Below are positions 49,913-63,097 of a stretch of 64,000 bases of DNA, in pieces. Positions within the stretch are counted from its first letter, which is position 1. Every line of letters starts with the position of its first letter. Location of the stretch: the NCBI GenBank assembly GCA_038087875.1, contig CM075996.1, positions 3,660,001 through 3,724,000 on the forward strand, in the 5' to 3' direction. The translations under genes and the position numbers were made by a program. Source of the stretch: Malacoraja senta. Taxonomy: Eukaryota. The notes under the pieces were generated by a model that did not search any database, was not told the DNA's origin, and saw nothing but the letters and a program-made list of their open reading frames with translations.

Positions 49913-50617
49913 GAAGCAGGCCCTTCAGCCCACTGAGACCACACCGACTATCAATCACACTAATTCTACATTATCTGGCCTTCTCATCCTCTCCCTACAC
50001 ATTAAGGGCAATTTACAGAGGGCCAATTAACCTAAAAACATGCACGACTTTGGGATGTGGGAAGAAAGTCGGTCCACACGGAGGAAATCCACGCGGTCAC
50101 GCGGAGAACGTGCAAACTTCACACAGACAGCACATGAGGTCAGGATCAAAGCCGGGTCAGGTATAAAGCCGAAGTAGCGGCTCTACCAGCTGCGCCACTG
50201 TGCAAACGTTGTAACCCTCCGAACATAAGAATGAATAACGCTGTAAGCATTGTATAGGCAGCAACTCTACCGCTGCGCCACCGTACCGCCCAGTACAGTA
50301 CCTGTGGATTGTATTGATTTTATCAACTCCCTCGTTACTCATTCAGTGTGATGTCAACAGCGATGGTGTGGATGAGATGGTCCGTAACCACGTCTAATGA
50401 AAGGTGGAAGGTCAGTGTTACCAGGGAACTTTGATACTGTCATTCCTTATGTCATTCCAGTTGGTGTTAACACTTAAAAAGATATATAGGGAGAGGTGAA
50501 CATTTGGTTAAGCCACAGCTGAAATGATGTCTGTCTGTGTTCTGGCTGTCTCTGTAGGGAAGATGCAATTGACCAGAGAGGATGCAGAGGAGAATGACCA
50601 GGATAGTGCCTGGGATG

Positions 50618-51000
50618 AAACATAGAAACATAGAAACATAGAAACATAGAAATTAGGTGCAGGAGTAGGCCATTCGGCCCTTCGAGCCTGCACCGCCATT
50701 CAATATGATCATGGCTGATCATCCAACTCAGTATCCTGTACCTGCCTTCTCTCCATACCCTCTGATCCCCTTAGCCACAAGGGCCACATCTAACTCCCTC
50801 TTAAATATAGCCAATGAACTGGCCTCAACTACCCTCTGTGGCAGAGAGTTCCAGAGATTCACCATTCTCTGTGTGAAAAAAGTTCTTCGCATCTCGGTTT
50901 TAAAGGATTTCCCCCTTATCCTTAAGCTGTGACCCCTTGTCCTGGACTTCCCCAACATCGGGAGCAATCTTCCTGCATCTAGCCTGTCCAACCCCTTAAG
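50618..51000 (-). mobile_element. CR1 3' fragment
   Basis: LKGLDRLDAGRL.PMLGKSRTRGHSLRIRGKSF...; four tail units. Confidence 0.88.
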
Positions 51001-51995
51001 AGATGCTGGATAGACTGGGTTTGCTTTCCTTCGCATAAAGGAAGCTGTTGAGGGACACTGATGGTATCGATACTGAGCAACCGAAATGACCCCAAGCCAG
51101 GGGTAATTAAAACTAGAGAACATTGGTGTTTAAGAAGGAACTGCAGATGCTGGAAAATTGAAGGTAGACAAAAGTGCTGGAGAAACTCAGCGGGTGCAGC
51201 AGCATCTATGGAGCGAAGGAAATAGGAAATAGAGAACATAGGTTTCGGGTAAAGGGTAAGATGTTGAGAGGAGATGTGTGGAGGAACAATTCACTCAGAG
51301 GATGGTTGGGATCTGGAACACACTGCCCTGGGAGAATGGAGAACACTGGGATTCTCATGATAGCCAAGTACTAAAACAAGCACTTGAATCACCAGGGTCT
51401 TGAAGGCTATGGACCAAGTGCCGGTAAATGGGATTAGTATAGTCAGGTATTTGATAGACAGCATAACATTGTAGGCCAACTGAGCCATGGGTATATTATT
51501 ACAAGAATGAAATGCTCCAAATACTGGAAATCTGAAATAAAACAGAAAATGCTGGAATACTCAGCAGAGGAAGCAGCACTTATGGAGAGAGAAGCCAAGA
51601 GTCCCTATTTCCAATTGATGATCTTTCATCAGGACTTATCACTCGGACAATCTGTTCTATCATTCAACAACTGAACAGATCACCAGAGAGGCTGTAACGC
51701 TTGTGCCTTCAGAATATAAACCGACCCGGACTTGCTTAACTCCCCCAGAATTGACTGATTCTCAAGCCTAAGCTCGCAGTGAGTGATTTATTACTGTTCC
51801 CCTTTTGCTGTCAGCCCAAGAGCTTTTAATATGGCATTCAGCCAACACAAGCTGCAACGGGAGCGACTGCAATTAGCGCTCGGAATGAGCTCCCATGTTG
51901 GATCGTGATGCAAGAATCCAACAGTTCTTTTTAACTCAGGGTTTCGGCCCGAAACGTCGCCTATTTCCTTCGCTCCATAGACGCTGCCGCACCTG

Positions 51996-52291
51996 CTGAG
52001 TTTCTCCAGCACTTTTGTCTACCTTCGGTTTTCCAGCATCTGCAGTTCCTTCTTAAACAGTTCTTTTTAACACGATTGTTGCAGAGGTCTTGTGTGAGGT
52101 GGAGATGGTGAAGGCGGTCTCCAGTTGTCACGGGTCAAATGGCTTTCCCCATCTAATGTGTAGGAAAGAACTGTAGATGCAGGTTTAAATCGAAGGTGGA
52201 CACAAAATGCTGGGGTAACTCAGCGGGGCAGGCAGCATCTCTGGAAAGAAGGAATGGGTGACGTTTCGGGGCGAGACCCTTCTTCAGTCTG
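51996..52291. repeat. Left copy of a ~296-bp inverted duplication
   Basis: Reverse complement of 53269-53564, including the non-TE stretch ~52072-52157. Confidence 0.85.
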
Positions 52292-53268
52292 AAGAAAGGG
52301 TCTCAACCCGAAACGTCATCCATTCCTTCTCTCCAGAGATGCTGCCAGCCCCGCTGAGTTGCTCCAGCATTTTATGTCCACCTTCCCCATCCAATGTTGC
52401 ACAACCATGGACAAATTCTGACTGACCGACGTTGGCTTGGTTATAAAAATTGGCCCGGTTTGCCGAGGAGAACTGACTGTTCTTACTACGAGTTCTTTAT
52501 CTCCCACTGAGAACAAGCCCCTGGTTTATCGTGCCATTGAAGATGTAGGTGTGCCAGTGTGGCATTCCCTCAGCACCGTGCTACAGGTCTCCGTGCTATT
52601 AACGAGAAACCATACTTCTCCATATTCAATGGTGAAGAGCAGCTTGGGGACCGTGGAACCCTGCAGTGTAGGGAGGAACTGCAGATGCTGGTTTGCACCG
52701 ATGGTAGACAAAATGCTGGAGTAACTCAGCGGGACAGGCAGCATCTCGGGAGAAAAGGAATGGGTAACGTTACAGGTCGAGACCTTTCTTCAGACTGTAG
52801 GGAGGAACTGCGGATGCTGGTTTATTTCGAAGACAGACACAAAATGCTAGAGTCACTCAGTGGGACAGACGGTGTCTCTGGATAGAAGGAATGGTTGATG
52901 TTTCAGGTTGAAACCCTTCTTCTTCTGAAGAAGAAGGGTCTCGACCGCCTGTCCTGCTGAGTTACTCCAGCTTTTTGTGTCCATGTCCAGATGTCTTTCC
53001 TGACCAGGATATCACCCTGGCTTCGTATTGGATTGAAGTTGTTGGATTTGCGCATCAGATGCCTCAAACACAATGGAACAATATGAGACTGAGCAGCCGA
53101 CTGCCTATTATTGCAACGTCGAGCAGGCTCTGAGGGGGAAGCACTCATGTTGTTCAACCTCATTCCTGCAACAAATATTTTTGTTACAGGCAATCAATTA
53201 GGAGTAGAAATGTATCCTCATCTATTTGCTGCGACACTGGGCCGCAGATGTACGTTACATTATGCTTA

Positions 53269-53564
53269 CAGACTGAAGAAGGGTCTCGACCCGAAACGTC
53301 ACCCATTCCTTCTTTCCAGAGATGCTGCCTGTCCCCGCTGAGTTACCCCAGCATTTTGTGTCCACCTTCGATTTAAACCTGCTTCTACAGTTCTTTCCTA
53401 CACATTAGATGGGGAAAGCCATTTGAACCGTGACCACTGGAAACCCCTTCACCATCTCCACCTCACACAAGACCTCTGCAACAATCGCGTTAAAAAGAAC
53501 TGTTTAAGAATGAACTGCAGATGCTGGAAAATCGAAGGTAGACAAAAGTGTTGGAGAAACTCAG
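53269..53564. repeat. Right copy of a ~296-bp inverted duplication, starting at a hammerhead core
   Basis: Begins cagaCTGAAGAAGGGTCTCGACCCGAAACGTC. Confidence 0.85.
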
Positions 53565-53847
53565 TGTTGCGGTGGAGTTGCTGCCTTACAGCGCCAGAGA
53601 CCCAGGTTTGATCTTGACTACGGGTGCTGGCCGTATGGAGTTTGTACATTCTCCCCGTGTCCGCGCGGGTTTTCCCCGGGTGTTCCCACACTTCAAAGAT
53701 GTACAGGTTTGGAGGTTAATTGGCTTCAGTAATATTATAAATTGTCCCTAGCGTGCAGGATAGTGCTAGTGTACGGGGTGATTGCTGGTCGGTGAGGACT
53801 CGGTGGGCCGAAGGGCCTGTTTCCTCGCTGTATCTCTAAAGTCTAAA
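53565..53847 (+). mobile_element. V-SINE (HE1-like)
   Basis: Head truncated by the duplication; core and tail present. Confidence 0.75.
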
Positions 53848-55065
53848 GGAGAAACGTAAGAGTCATCTAGCACAGAAACAGGCCACTCAGCCCATCATGT
53901 CCATGCTGGCCATCTTACCTGCCTGCACTTGCCTGCATTAGAACCATATCCCACACCTTGCTCAGACCATCTCCAGAGATGCTGCCTGGCCCGCTGGCTA
54001 TATCCCACACCTCATCTAAACAAGTGCCTATCCCATCACCTCAATGAATGTATTTGCCTTCACCATCACCTCTGGCACAGATATCAACCGTGGGGCATTC
54101 AAAATCTTCTCAGATTCTCAGATTCAGAATCCTCTCAGATGTCCTTTAAACTCTCTCCTCTCTCTCCATAAACTTATGCCCTCTTGTTCTTGGCATTTCT
54201 ATCATGGGAAAAAACTCTGACGCCAAGTAGGTTTCGAACCTGTACAACTGTACGTTTTTTAAAACAATTTCTTTCTTTACTTTTCCTTCCAGCCTCAAAT
54301 TTCTGGTCATAATCCATTCTTGCTTGCTCTGTTGATTATTCATCATCGCGACTGATTCCTTCTCCTTCCATGTCATTCATTGCTTGTCTTCTTTCACTAT
54401 TTTCTAATCCCATTGGTTTGGGAGATGGGTCTCACAATTCATGGTTACGTTGCTGTGGACCAGAGCTCTCTTTATCAGCGTTAAGACCCATATTTTTCAC
54501 GCTGAAAGGAATAGAAAAATTTCTATCAACCAGCACTTGAAATAATCTGTTCCAGTATAATCGACCCAACTGTGCAGTAAGACTTAGTGAGGCTGTAGGA
54601 TGCACTCACCAATATGAAACGCATATAAAGGATACAAGGTGCATCCTAGTGATATATTACTAGCAGACACTGCAGTTATAGGTGCAGTAGAATAGAACAA
54701 AGTCTTGCAGCAAGACTACAGAGTGAAGAGAACACACATAACTGCAAAGGGATATGAATCACTCAATATTTACATCACAATATTCAGCCCATCATATCCA
54801 TGCTGGTCAAAAAATAGCTTCCCTTCCTGATTCCACCTCCTCGCACTGGCTCCTACAGCCCATGCTCTTCGTCCACACCCAAGTTCTGTTTAAACGTTGT
54901 GAGGGTTCTCAACCAGAGACGAGTGCTGAACTACTATCCACCTCTACTATCTACCTCTTTGGTGACCTTCGGACCATCCTTGATCGGACTTTGCTGGCTT
55001 TACCTTACATTAAACGTTATTCCCTTATCATGTATCTATACACTGTAGATGGCTCGATTGTAATC

Positions 55066-55478
55066 CGCTCGGTCCGCATTAACCAACCTGACCTCCCTGT
55101 GGCTCAGCACTTCAACTCCCCCTCCCATTCCGAATCAGACCTCTCTGTCCTGGGCCTCCTCCATGGCCAGAGTGAGCACCCCCGGAAATTGGAGGAGCAG
55201 CACCTCATATTCCGCTTGGGAAGTCTGCACCCTAGCGGCATAAACATTGAATTCTCCAATTTCCAGTAGCCCTTGCTGTCTCCTCCCCTTCTCAGCTCTC
55301 CATCAGCCCTCTGGCTCCTCCTCTTCCTTTTTCCTTTCTTCTCCCCACCCCCCCCCCCTCCCAACCCTACATCAGTCTGAAGAAGGGTTTTGGCCCGAAA
55401 CCTAAAAAAGCCTATTTCCTTCGCTCCATAAATGCTGCTGCACCCTCTGAGTTTCTCCAGCACTTTTGCCTACCTTCA
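55066..55478 (+). mobile_element. Penelope-like element 3' fragment inserted in a Rex-type 3' UTR
   Basis: RSVRINQPDLPVAQHFNSPSHS...LEEQHLIFRLGSLHPSGINIEFSNF; TSD attgtaatc (55057-55065 / 55479-55487). Confidence 0.88.
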
Positions 55479-55549
55479 ATTGTAATCATGTCTAGCCTTT
55501 CCGTTGACTGGATAGGACGCAATAAAAGCTTTTCACTGTACCTCGGTGC

Positions 55550-55900
55550 AGATAATAATAATAATAATACATTTATTTGTATAGCACGTTTAAAAACAAC
55601 CCACGTTGACCAAAGTCCTTCACATCAGTGCAGGGACTAAATTTGATACATACAACGGTACACAGACCTAACGATACATACATCAGCGGGGCTCAAAAAC
55701 GCTTGGGTGCAGAAATAGGTTTTGAGTCGTGACTTAAAGGACTTAAAGGAGTCGACGGTGGGTGCAGTTCTGATGAGGAGCGGGATGCTATTCCACAGTT
55801 TAGGTGCTGCAACCGCAAAAGCGCGGTCACCCCTGAGCTGAAACCTAGACCGCGGGATAGTCAGTAGCCCCAGGTCGGTCAGCCGTCCTGAGGGACCTGG
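55550..55900 (-). mobile_element. L2 LINE 3' end
   Basis: LGLLTIPRSRFQLRGDRAFAVAAPKLWNSIPL.IRTAPTVDSFKS..RLKTYF..QAF. Confidence 0.85.
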
Positions 55901-57420
55901 AGGTAGAATAAACCTGGAGGTGACAATAAACCAAACTGGACTCTTATCTTCACCTCCTCCACAGGCCACGAGTGCCACATCCTCTACCACATCAGACTGA
56001 GAGCATTTCACGCAGAGGATCAAACTGGAACACACTGCCTGGGTGAATGGAGAACACAGGGATTCTCATGATTTCCACGATAATAAAAAAACAGGCACTT
56101 AAATCACCAAGACCACCCCACCGCCCCATCCACATCAGCGGCAGAAAACCTGCCACGAGGATATTGGTCTTGAACCCTGCAAATCTGCTTGACATCTAGC
56201 CCTTGCAGGCCACGTCTCTCCCAGAACAGGAGCCAATCCACCTGGAAACCCAGAGCTCTCCTTCGCCTCCCCTTTCCAGCTAAAGATTTATCTTCAACAG
56301 CCTTCAATTTCTGTACTCATTGGCCACAGGAGTAATGTTCACAAGATATAGAAGCAGAATTAGGCCATTTGGCCCATCTACATGGACTTCCTGTCACCGT
56401 GTGTGTTTTCTCCTGGTGCTCCAGTTTCATCCCAAAGACATGCGGTTTTATAGGTTCATAGTTCATAAGTTCTGGGAAGAGAATCAGGCCATTCGGCCCA
56501 TAAAATCTACTCCGCCATTCAATCATGGCTGATCTATCTTTCCCTCTCAACCCCGTTCTGCTGCCTTCTCCCCTCTGACTCCCAAACTAATCAGGCATCT
56601 GTCCATCTCCCCCTTAAAAATATCCATCGTTTTTGCCTCCACTGTTGTCTAAGGCAGTGAAATCCACAGGTTCTACTTCTTATTAAAGTTAGGCAAAGCA
56701 TTGAGAGTTTTGGGGTGATGTTTCGGGTCTCGACCCGAAACGGCACCCATTCCTTCTATCCAGAGGCGCTGCCTGTCCTGGTGAGTTACCGATTTGTGTC
56801 TATCTTGGGTGTAAACCAGCGTCCGCAGTTCCTTCCTACCCATTGCGAGTTTTGATTCACCTTTGGCAGATGACACACATTACTTTAGCTGAGATCTTAT
56901 TAAAGTTTGGCACAGTGTCTCCACTTTCTCCCCTCGCTTTGGAGCCCAGGAGATAAGGATCATCGGAGACAGAAATACTGTTCCAAATAATTGCTTCTAT
57001 TTACATTTTGACATGACGGTTTAACAGATAATGATTTCCTTACAACCTTATCCAGTAATACACCTCAAAAACAAGCCTGATTAATCATTCTCATCGCAGA
57101 ACAAAGGGTTAATTGTTCTTTTACCCCATTTATCTTCACCTGTCTCCTGGAAATCACTTTAAAATGTCTCTTTAGGTACCCTTCTGCTGGAGCAAGTCGA
57201 CCAGCAATTGTCCTTTCTCTCAGTCTGTGAGGACAGCTGTGTTTGATGTGCTTTCCTTATCTCTACACTTGTCCTTCGGAAGTGCGGCGTCTCTTGAAAA
57301 TAGCAGCTAGTGGCAATACTTTCTCCTTTAATACCTTCTAGCAAGGTCAAACTTCCCGGCATGCCTTTTGATTTTGGTCAGAGTTAACTTTCCTTTGATG
57401 TCATCAGACTCCATAACTCC

Positions 57421-57963
57421 GTCCTTCCAGGTGCGACAGAGGTTCACCTGCACCTCCTCCAACCTCATCTATTGCATCCGCTGCTCTAGATGTCAGCTGA
57501 TCTACATCGGTGAGACCAAGCGGAGGCCTGGCGATCGTTTCGCCGAACACCTCCGCTCGGTCCGCATTAACCAACCTGATCTCCCGGTGGCTCAGCACCT
57601 CAACTCCCCCTCCCATTCCGAATCCGACCTCTCTGTCCTGGGCCTCCTCCATTGCCAGAGTGAGCACCACTGTAAATTGGAGGAGCAGCACCTCATATTC
57701 CGCTTGGGCAGTCTGCACCCTAGCGGCATGAACATTGACTTCTCCAATTTCCGGTAGCCCTTGCTGTCTCCTCCCCTTCTCAGATCTCCCTCAGCCCTCT
57801 GCCTCCTCCTCTTCCTTTTTCCTTTCTTCTCCCCGCCCCCCTCCCCCTCCCCCACCCAACATCAGTCTGAAGAAGGGTTTCGGCCCGAAACGTCGCCTAT
57901 TTCCTTCGCTCCATAGATGCTGCTGCACCCGCTGAGTTTCTCCAGCACTTTTGTCTACCTTCT
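57421..57963 (+). mobile_element. Penelope-like element 3' fragment with in-frame GIY-YIG endonuclease domain
   Basis: FTCTSSNLIYCIRCSRCQLIYIGETKRR..DRFAEH...E.HLI..LG...P.GMN (IY..CxxC..YIG, Arg, Glu and Asn motifs); TSD ataactcc (57413-57420 / 57964-57971). Confidence 0.92.
57865..57896 (+). ncRNA. Minimal type-I hammerhead ribozyme core in the Penelope 3' repeat
   Basis: gu-CUGAAGA-A-GGGU(UUCG)GCCC-GAAAC-GUC-gc; ~110 nt after the GIY-YIG stop codon. Confidence 0.7.
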
Positions 57964-59124
57964 ATAACTCCATCTCCTTACTCATAAGCAGTAACTCAGC
58001 AGGTCAGACAGCATCTGTGGAGGGAATGGATAGGGAATGGTGGAGGTGAATGAGTTTCAAGAAGGGTCCCGACCCAAACGATCACCAGTCTTCCCTCCAC
58101 AAATGCTGCCTGACCTGAGTTTCAGAGTTTAGAGATATGGCAGGGAAATAGACCCATTCTGGGTAAAAGAAGCTGTGCATTCACCCTATCTATTCCTCTC
58201 ATGATCTTGTACACCTCTATAAGACCACCCCCATCATCCTCCTGGACCAAGGAATAAAGTTTCCGCATGCTCAACCTGTTCACACTATGTAACTCTACTA
58301 TCGCATCCGCTCCCCACACATTAGGGGCCATTTTACAGGGCCTAATTAAGCTAAAAAGCTACACGCCTTTGGGGTGTGGCAGGAAACCGGGGCACCAGGA
58401 GGAAACCCACGTGGTCACGGGGACGGACGTGGAAAGTCCACACACACAGACAGACAGACAGCACCCGAGGTCAGGATCGAACCCAGGTCTCTGGCAGAGC
58501 GAGGCAGCTGCTCTGGAGTTATTCCCGCACTTTGTGTTTTGCCTCATATTACCCGTTGCGAAGGACTAACTTAGCCTCAAAAAGATCTTTAATTCAGTTA
58601 CCCTTTAAACACTGCCAGAACTCCCATATTTAAGATAGAACTTAGTACGGATTAGTGCAGGTGTCAGGGGCTAAGGGGAAAAGGCAGGAGAATGGGGTTA
58701 GGAGGGAGAGATAGATCAGCCATGATTGAATGGCGGAGTAGACTTGATGGGCCGAATGGCCTAAATCTGCTCCTCTCACTTAAGGACCCATGAACCCCCA
58801 TATTAAAAAATCCAAAGTCCTTCAGTCTGAGAGACACTTTAAATGCGTTTAATTTCTAAATCTGATCACATTCTCCACGGAGAAGGTTAAGTGTTGTTTT
58901 TACAAGAAGCTGCAGTCACTGACTTTTACAGAAACGCTCGTTTGAAATCGATGAAGGAGTATAAGAGAGGTGTTACAATCGTAAGATGCTGTGAAGGAAC
59001 ACAGAGCAGAGACATTAAAGACTACTCCTGGCAGCCATGGGTCCCCAAGAGTGGGAATCCTCTTTACATCAACTGCATTACACTGTTTCAAACGCAGTCT
59101 ACCTTTCAGTGGTCTATAAACGAC

Positions 59125-59497
59125 AAGAATTGTTACGGGCTTGGACACACTAGAGGCAGGAAACATGTTCCCGATGTTGGGGGAGTCCAGAACCAGGGGC
59201 TACAGTTTAAGAATAAGGAGTAAGCCATTTAGGACGGAGACGAGGAAACACTTTTTCTCACAGAGAGTGGTGAGTCTGTGGAATTCTCTGCTTCAGAGGG
59301 CGGTGGAGGTGGGTTCTCTAGATGCTTTCAAGAGAGAGTTAGATATGGCTCTTAAAAATAGCGGAGTCAGGGGATATGGGGAGAAGGCAGGAACAGGGTA
59401 CTGATTGGGGATGATCAGCCGTGATCACATTGAATGGCGGTGCTGGCTCGAAGGGTTGAATGGCCTACTCCTGCACCTATTGTCTATTGACTATTGT
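59125..59497 (+). mobile_element. CR1 3' fragment
   Basis: LDTLEAGNMFPMLGESRTRG.SLRIRSKPFRTETRKHFFSQRVV. Confidence 0.88.
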
Positions 59498-59857
59498 CCA
59501 TAAGAATAAACCCTTCATCCACACACAGTTCTCTCCCTACATTCCATCTCTGGCCCATGGCTGCTTTGCGGGTGTCCTGGCGAGATGATCTGCTGAATCC
59601 CATCTCACGTCACGGTTGCTCTGCAGGTCACTGTGACCTATCCTGGACCCAGCACATAGACGCAGATGCAATCATGAAGAAGGCTCACCATCATCTCTGA
59701 TAGACACAAAATGGTGGAGTAACACAGCGGGTCAGGCAGCATCTCTCTGAAGAAAAGCAATAGGTGACATTGTGGGTCGAGACCCTTCTTCAGACTGGGA
59801 GTCAGGGAGGGGGAAACTGGAGGTAATGGGAGCTACAGAACAAACTTCCACTCATAA

Positions 59858-60155
59858 CTGAAGGTAGACACAAGTGCTGGAGAAACTCAGCGGGTGCAGC
59901 AGCATCTATGGAGCGAAGGAAATAGGCAACGCTTCGGGCTGAAACCCTTCTTCAGACTGATGTAGGGTGGGGGGGGGGGGTGGGGAGAAGAAAGGAAAAA
60001 GGAAGAGGAGGATTCCGTGGGCTGAGGGAGAGCTGAGAAGGGGAGGAGACAGCAAGGGCTACCGGAAATTGGAGAATTCAACGTTTATGCCGCTAGGGTG
60101 CAGACTGCCCAAGCGGAATATGAGGTGCTGCTGCTCCAATTTCCGGTGGTGCTTT
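59858..60155 (-). mobile_element. Penelope-like element 3' fragment
   Basis: GIY-YIG C-terminus plus hammerhead repeat; TSD actcataa (59850-59857 / 60156-60163). Confidence 0.82.
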
Positions 60156-60617
60156 ACTCATAATTGATTGCCTGCAAAAAAAATTGCTTGCAACAACGAG
60201 ATTGAACAACATAAATGCTTTACATAGATAAAATACTGGAGTAATTCAGCAGGTCAGGCAGCATCTCTGGAGAAAAGGAATAGGTTATGTTTCGGGTCGG
60301 AAGCCTTCTTTAGGGAGTCTGAAGAAGGGTTCTGAACTGAAAAATCACCTCTTCCTTTTCTCCAGAGATGCTGCCTGACCCGCTGAGGTACTCCACCAAT
60401 TTGTGTCTGCCTTTGGTGTAAACCAGCATCTGCAGTTCCTTCCTGCACATCACCATCAGCTCTACATGCTTAGAAATTTAAAGTGATTCCGCATGTCTCG
60501 GAATACGCTGACATTTACAAAAGTACCCTGACTGGTTGAATCATGGCCTGGTATGAAAGCTGCAGAGGGTGGTGGGCTCAGCCCGGTCCATCACGGACAC
60601 AGCCATTTATTTATCAA

Positions 60618-60960
60618 TCATAGAGTCATAGAGTATACAGTGTGGAAACAGGCCCTTCGGCCCAACTTGCCCATACCGGCCAACATGTCCCATCTACACA
60701 AGTTCTATCTGCCTGCGTTTGGTCCATATCTCTCCAAACCTGTCCTATCCATGTACCTGTCTAACTGTTTCTTAAACGTTGGGATAGTCCCAGCCTCAAC
60801 TACCTCCTCTGGCAGCTCGTTCCATACACCCGCTACCCTTTGTGTGAAAAAAGTTACCCCTCAGATTTCTATTAAATCTTTTCCCCTTCACCTTGAAGCT
60901 ATGTCCTCTGTTCTGCTATTCCCCTCCTCTGGGCAAGAGATTCTCTGCATCTACCTGATT
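60618..60960 (-). mobile_element. CR1 3' fragment
   Basis: Same subfamily as 3637-4092. Confidence 0.82.
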
Positions 60961-61999
60961 TCTTCCTCTCAAGGGGAATACCATTAGGTATGGTGTGGAA
61001 GGTAGACACAAAATGCTGGAGTAACTCAGTGGGTGCGGCAGCATCTATGGAGAGAAGGAATGGGCGACATTTCGGGTCGAGACCCTTCTTCAGACCTTCT
61101 CGACCTGAAACGTCACCCATTCCTTCTCTCCGGAGATGCTGCCTCACCCTCATGGCTGATCATCCCCAATCAGTACCCCGTTCCTGCCTTCTCCCCATAT
61201 CCCCTGACTCCGCTATTTTTAAGACCCCTATCTAGCTCTCTCTTGAAAGCATCCAGAGAACCTGCCTCCAGCATTTGGTGTCTACCTTCGATTTTATCCA
61301 GCACCTGCAGTTCTATCTCACACATAGCATGGCATGGAGCTTTATTTGTCACACGCAGCGAGGTGCAGTGAATTTCATTTTTGTACACAGTTCAGTACAA
61401 GTATCATTATACATAAGCACTTAGATACATATTGGATAAGCGTCTCAGATACGGTACAAGTGTACAGCAGAAGTATACTGAGACAGTACACAGAGTCGCC
61501 AGTTTGCCGCCATTTTCAAGTCCCAGTTGTTGCGAGTGCAGGGATCTTGATCTGACCATGGAAGGTCTGATGTCCTGGCGGCGTTGCAGGGTCGGCCTGG
61601 ACTAGCCCTCCCCTACATCGAAAGCATCTACATGAGGCGCTGCCTCAAAAAAGGGTTGCAATATTTGCTCCCAATATTGTTCCTAACAGTTGCGGGGTGT
61701 GGCATTGACTGAGCTAGAAATGTTCCCACCATAATACTCTCTGTAAATGTACAGCACTGCCTCTTGCCCAAGGAGCAGCATCCCAGGGTCCTGCCACAGA
61801 GCGTCCACTCCTGACTGCACTGGCAAGGTAGGGTTTTCCCGAGAATCCATGGTAGGACCCTGGGATTCGGCTCGTTTCAACACGAATGGGATATATTTGT
61901 GGGATTTCAAAGGGATATCTGTGTAGATGCTTTTGATGGAGGGGAGGGCTGTGTCCGTGATGGACCGGCCTGAGTCCACTACTCTCTGCGGGCGCGGCT

Positions 62000-62440
62000 G
62001 GGACTTACCAGCAAGAGCGGGGTCCCTCGCCGGGGAGCTCCGACCGCCAGCCCTGCAGGCTGCGGTGCTTCCGGCTGCCGCGTGGCGGGGACTTTAAATC
62101 TTCGACTGCGGCCTGCGGCCTACACCAACCTGAAGCCGCGGTCTCCGGTGGGGAGGCACCGATTCAGGACTTACCTGGACTTTTTACCTGGTCTACTCAT
62201 CTGGACGCCTGCAGCGGCGGCTGCGGAGGGTTGGGGTCCCCGACCACGGGGGAAAATGGAGGAGGACTGGCCAAATGTTGTGCCTTCCACCACAGTGATG
62301 AATGCTGTGGTGGATGTTGGTGTTCAAATTTGATTGTGTTTTTGTGTGTTCTTTCTCATTGTACCGCCGCTGGCAAATTCATTTCACTTGCACTTTATGT
62401 GCAGTGTGATGAATAAAACTGATTGATTGATTGATTGATT
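62000..62440 (+). mobile_element. Unclassified GC-rich retroposon with (gatt)n tail
   Basis: GC-rich body, then atttcacttgcac...gatgaataaaact(gatt)n, resembling the Rex-type tail at 24332-24400. Confidence 0.4.
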
Positions 62441-63097
62441 GCACCTTTGTGCGTTCCTGCGTGTTGGAATTGCCGTACCTGGCCACGAGTCTAGCTCAGT
62501 CAGGGTGCTTTCTGCAGCGCATCTGTAAGTGTTAGCGTATATATTTGGCAAGAGACAGCGCTTCAAATTTACAGAAAGCATGATGATGGGGGAGGGGGAC
62601 TTCAATCACTCAGCCAACTCTACATCCCGAGAGGGCAGCTGTCTACAGACCCTGCTCCTTGTAATTCTCTTGATTGCACTCACGCAGCCTCTCGCAATGC
62701 ACCTCTGGTTTAACACAGAAACGCAGATCTAACTCTTGGCACTCATTGCTAAGTGGGGCACCGATTTTAAGTCCCAGTCGCTGATGCAATTGTTCCGTTT
62801 ATATCTTGTGCTCTTCAATTATTTTTTATCGTTTGATCCTGATTCTCAGCACCAGAGCCAGCTTGCTGCCCAAGAAACTCATCAACAAGTTTATGTAACT
62901 CTCAGTCTGAAGAAGGGTCTCGACCTGAAACGTCACCCAGTCCTTCTCTCCAGAGATGCTGCCTGTCCCGCTGAGATACTCCAGCACTTTTGTGTCTATC
63001 TTTGGTGTAAATCAGCATCTGCACTTCCTTCCTACGCAATGTACAGTTTATTTGGGGGGGGAGGCAAAAAAAAGCACATTATTGCATATTGTGCATC

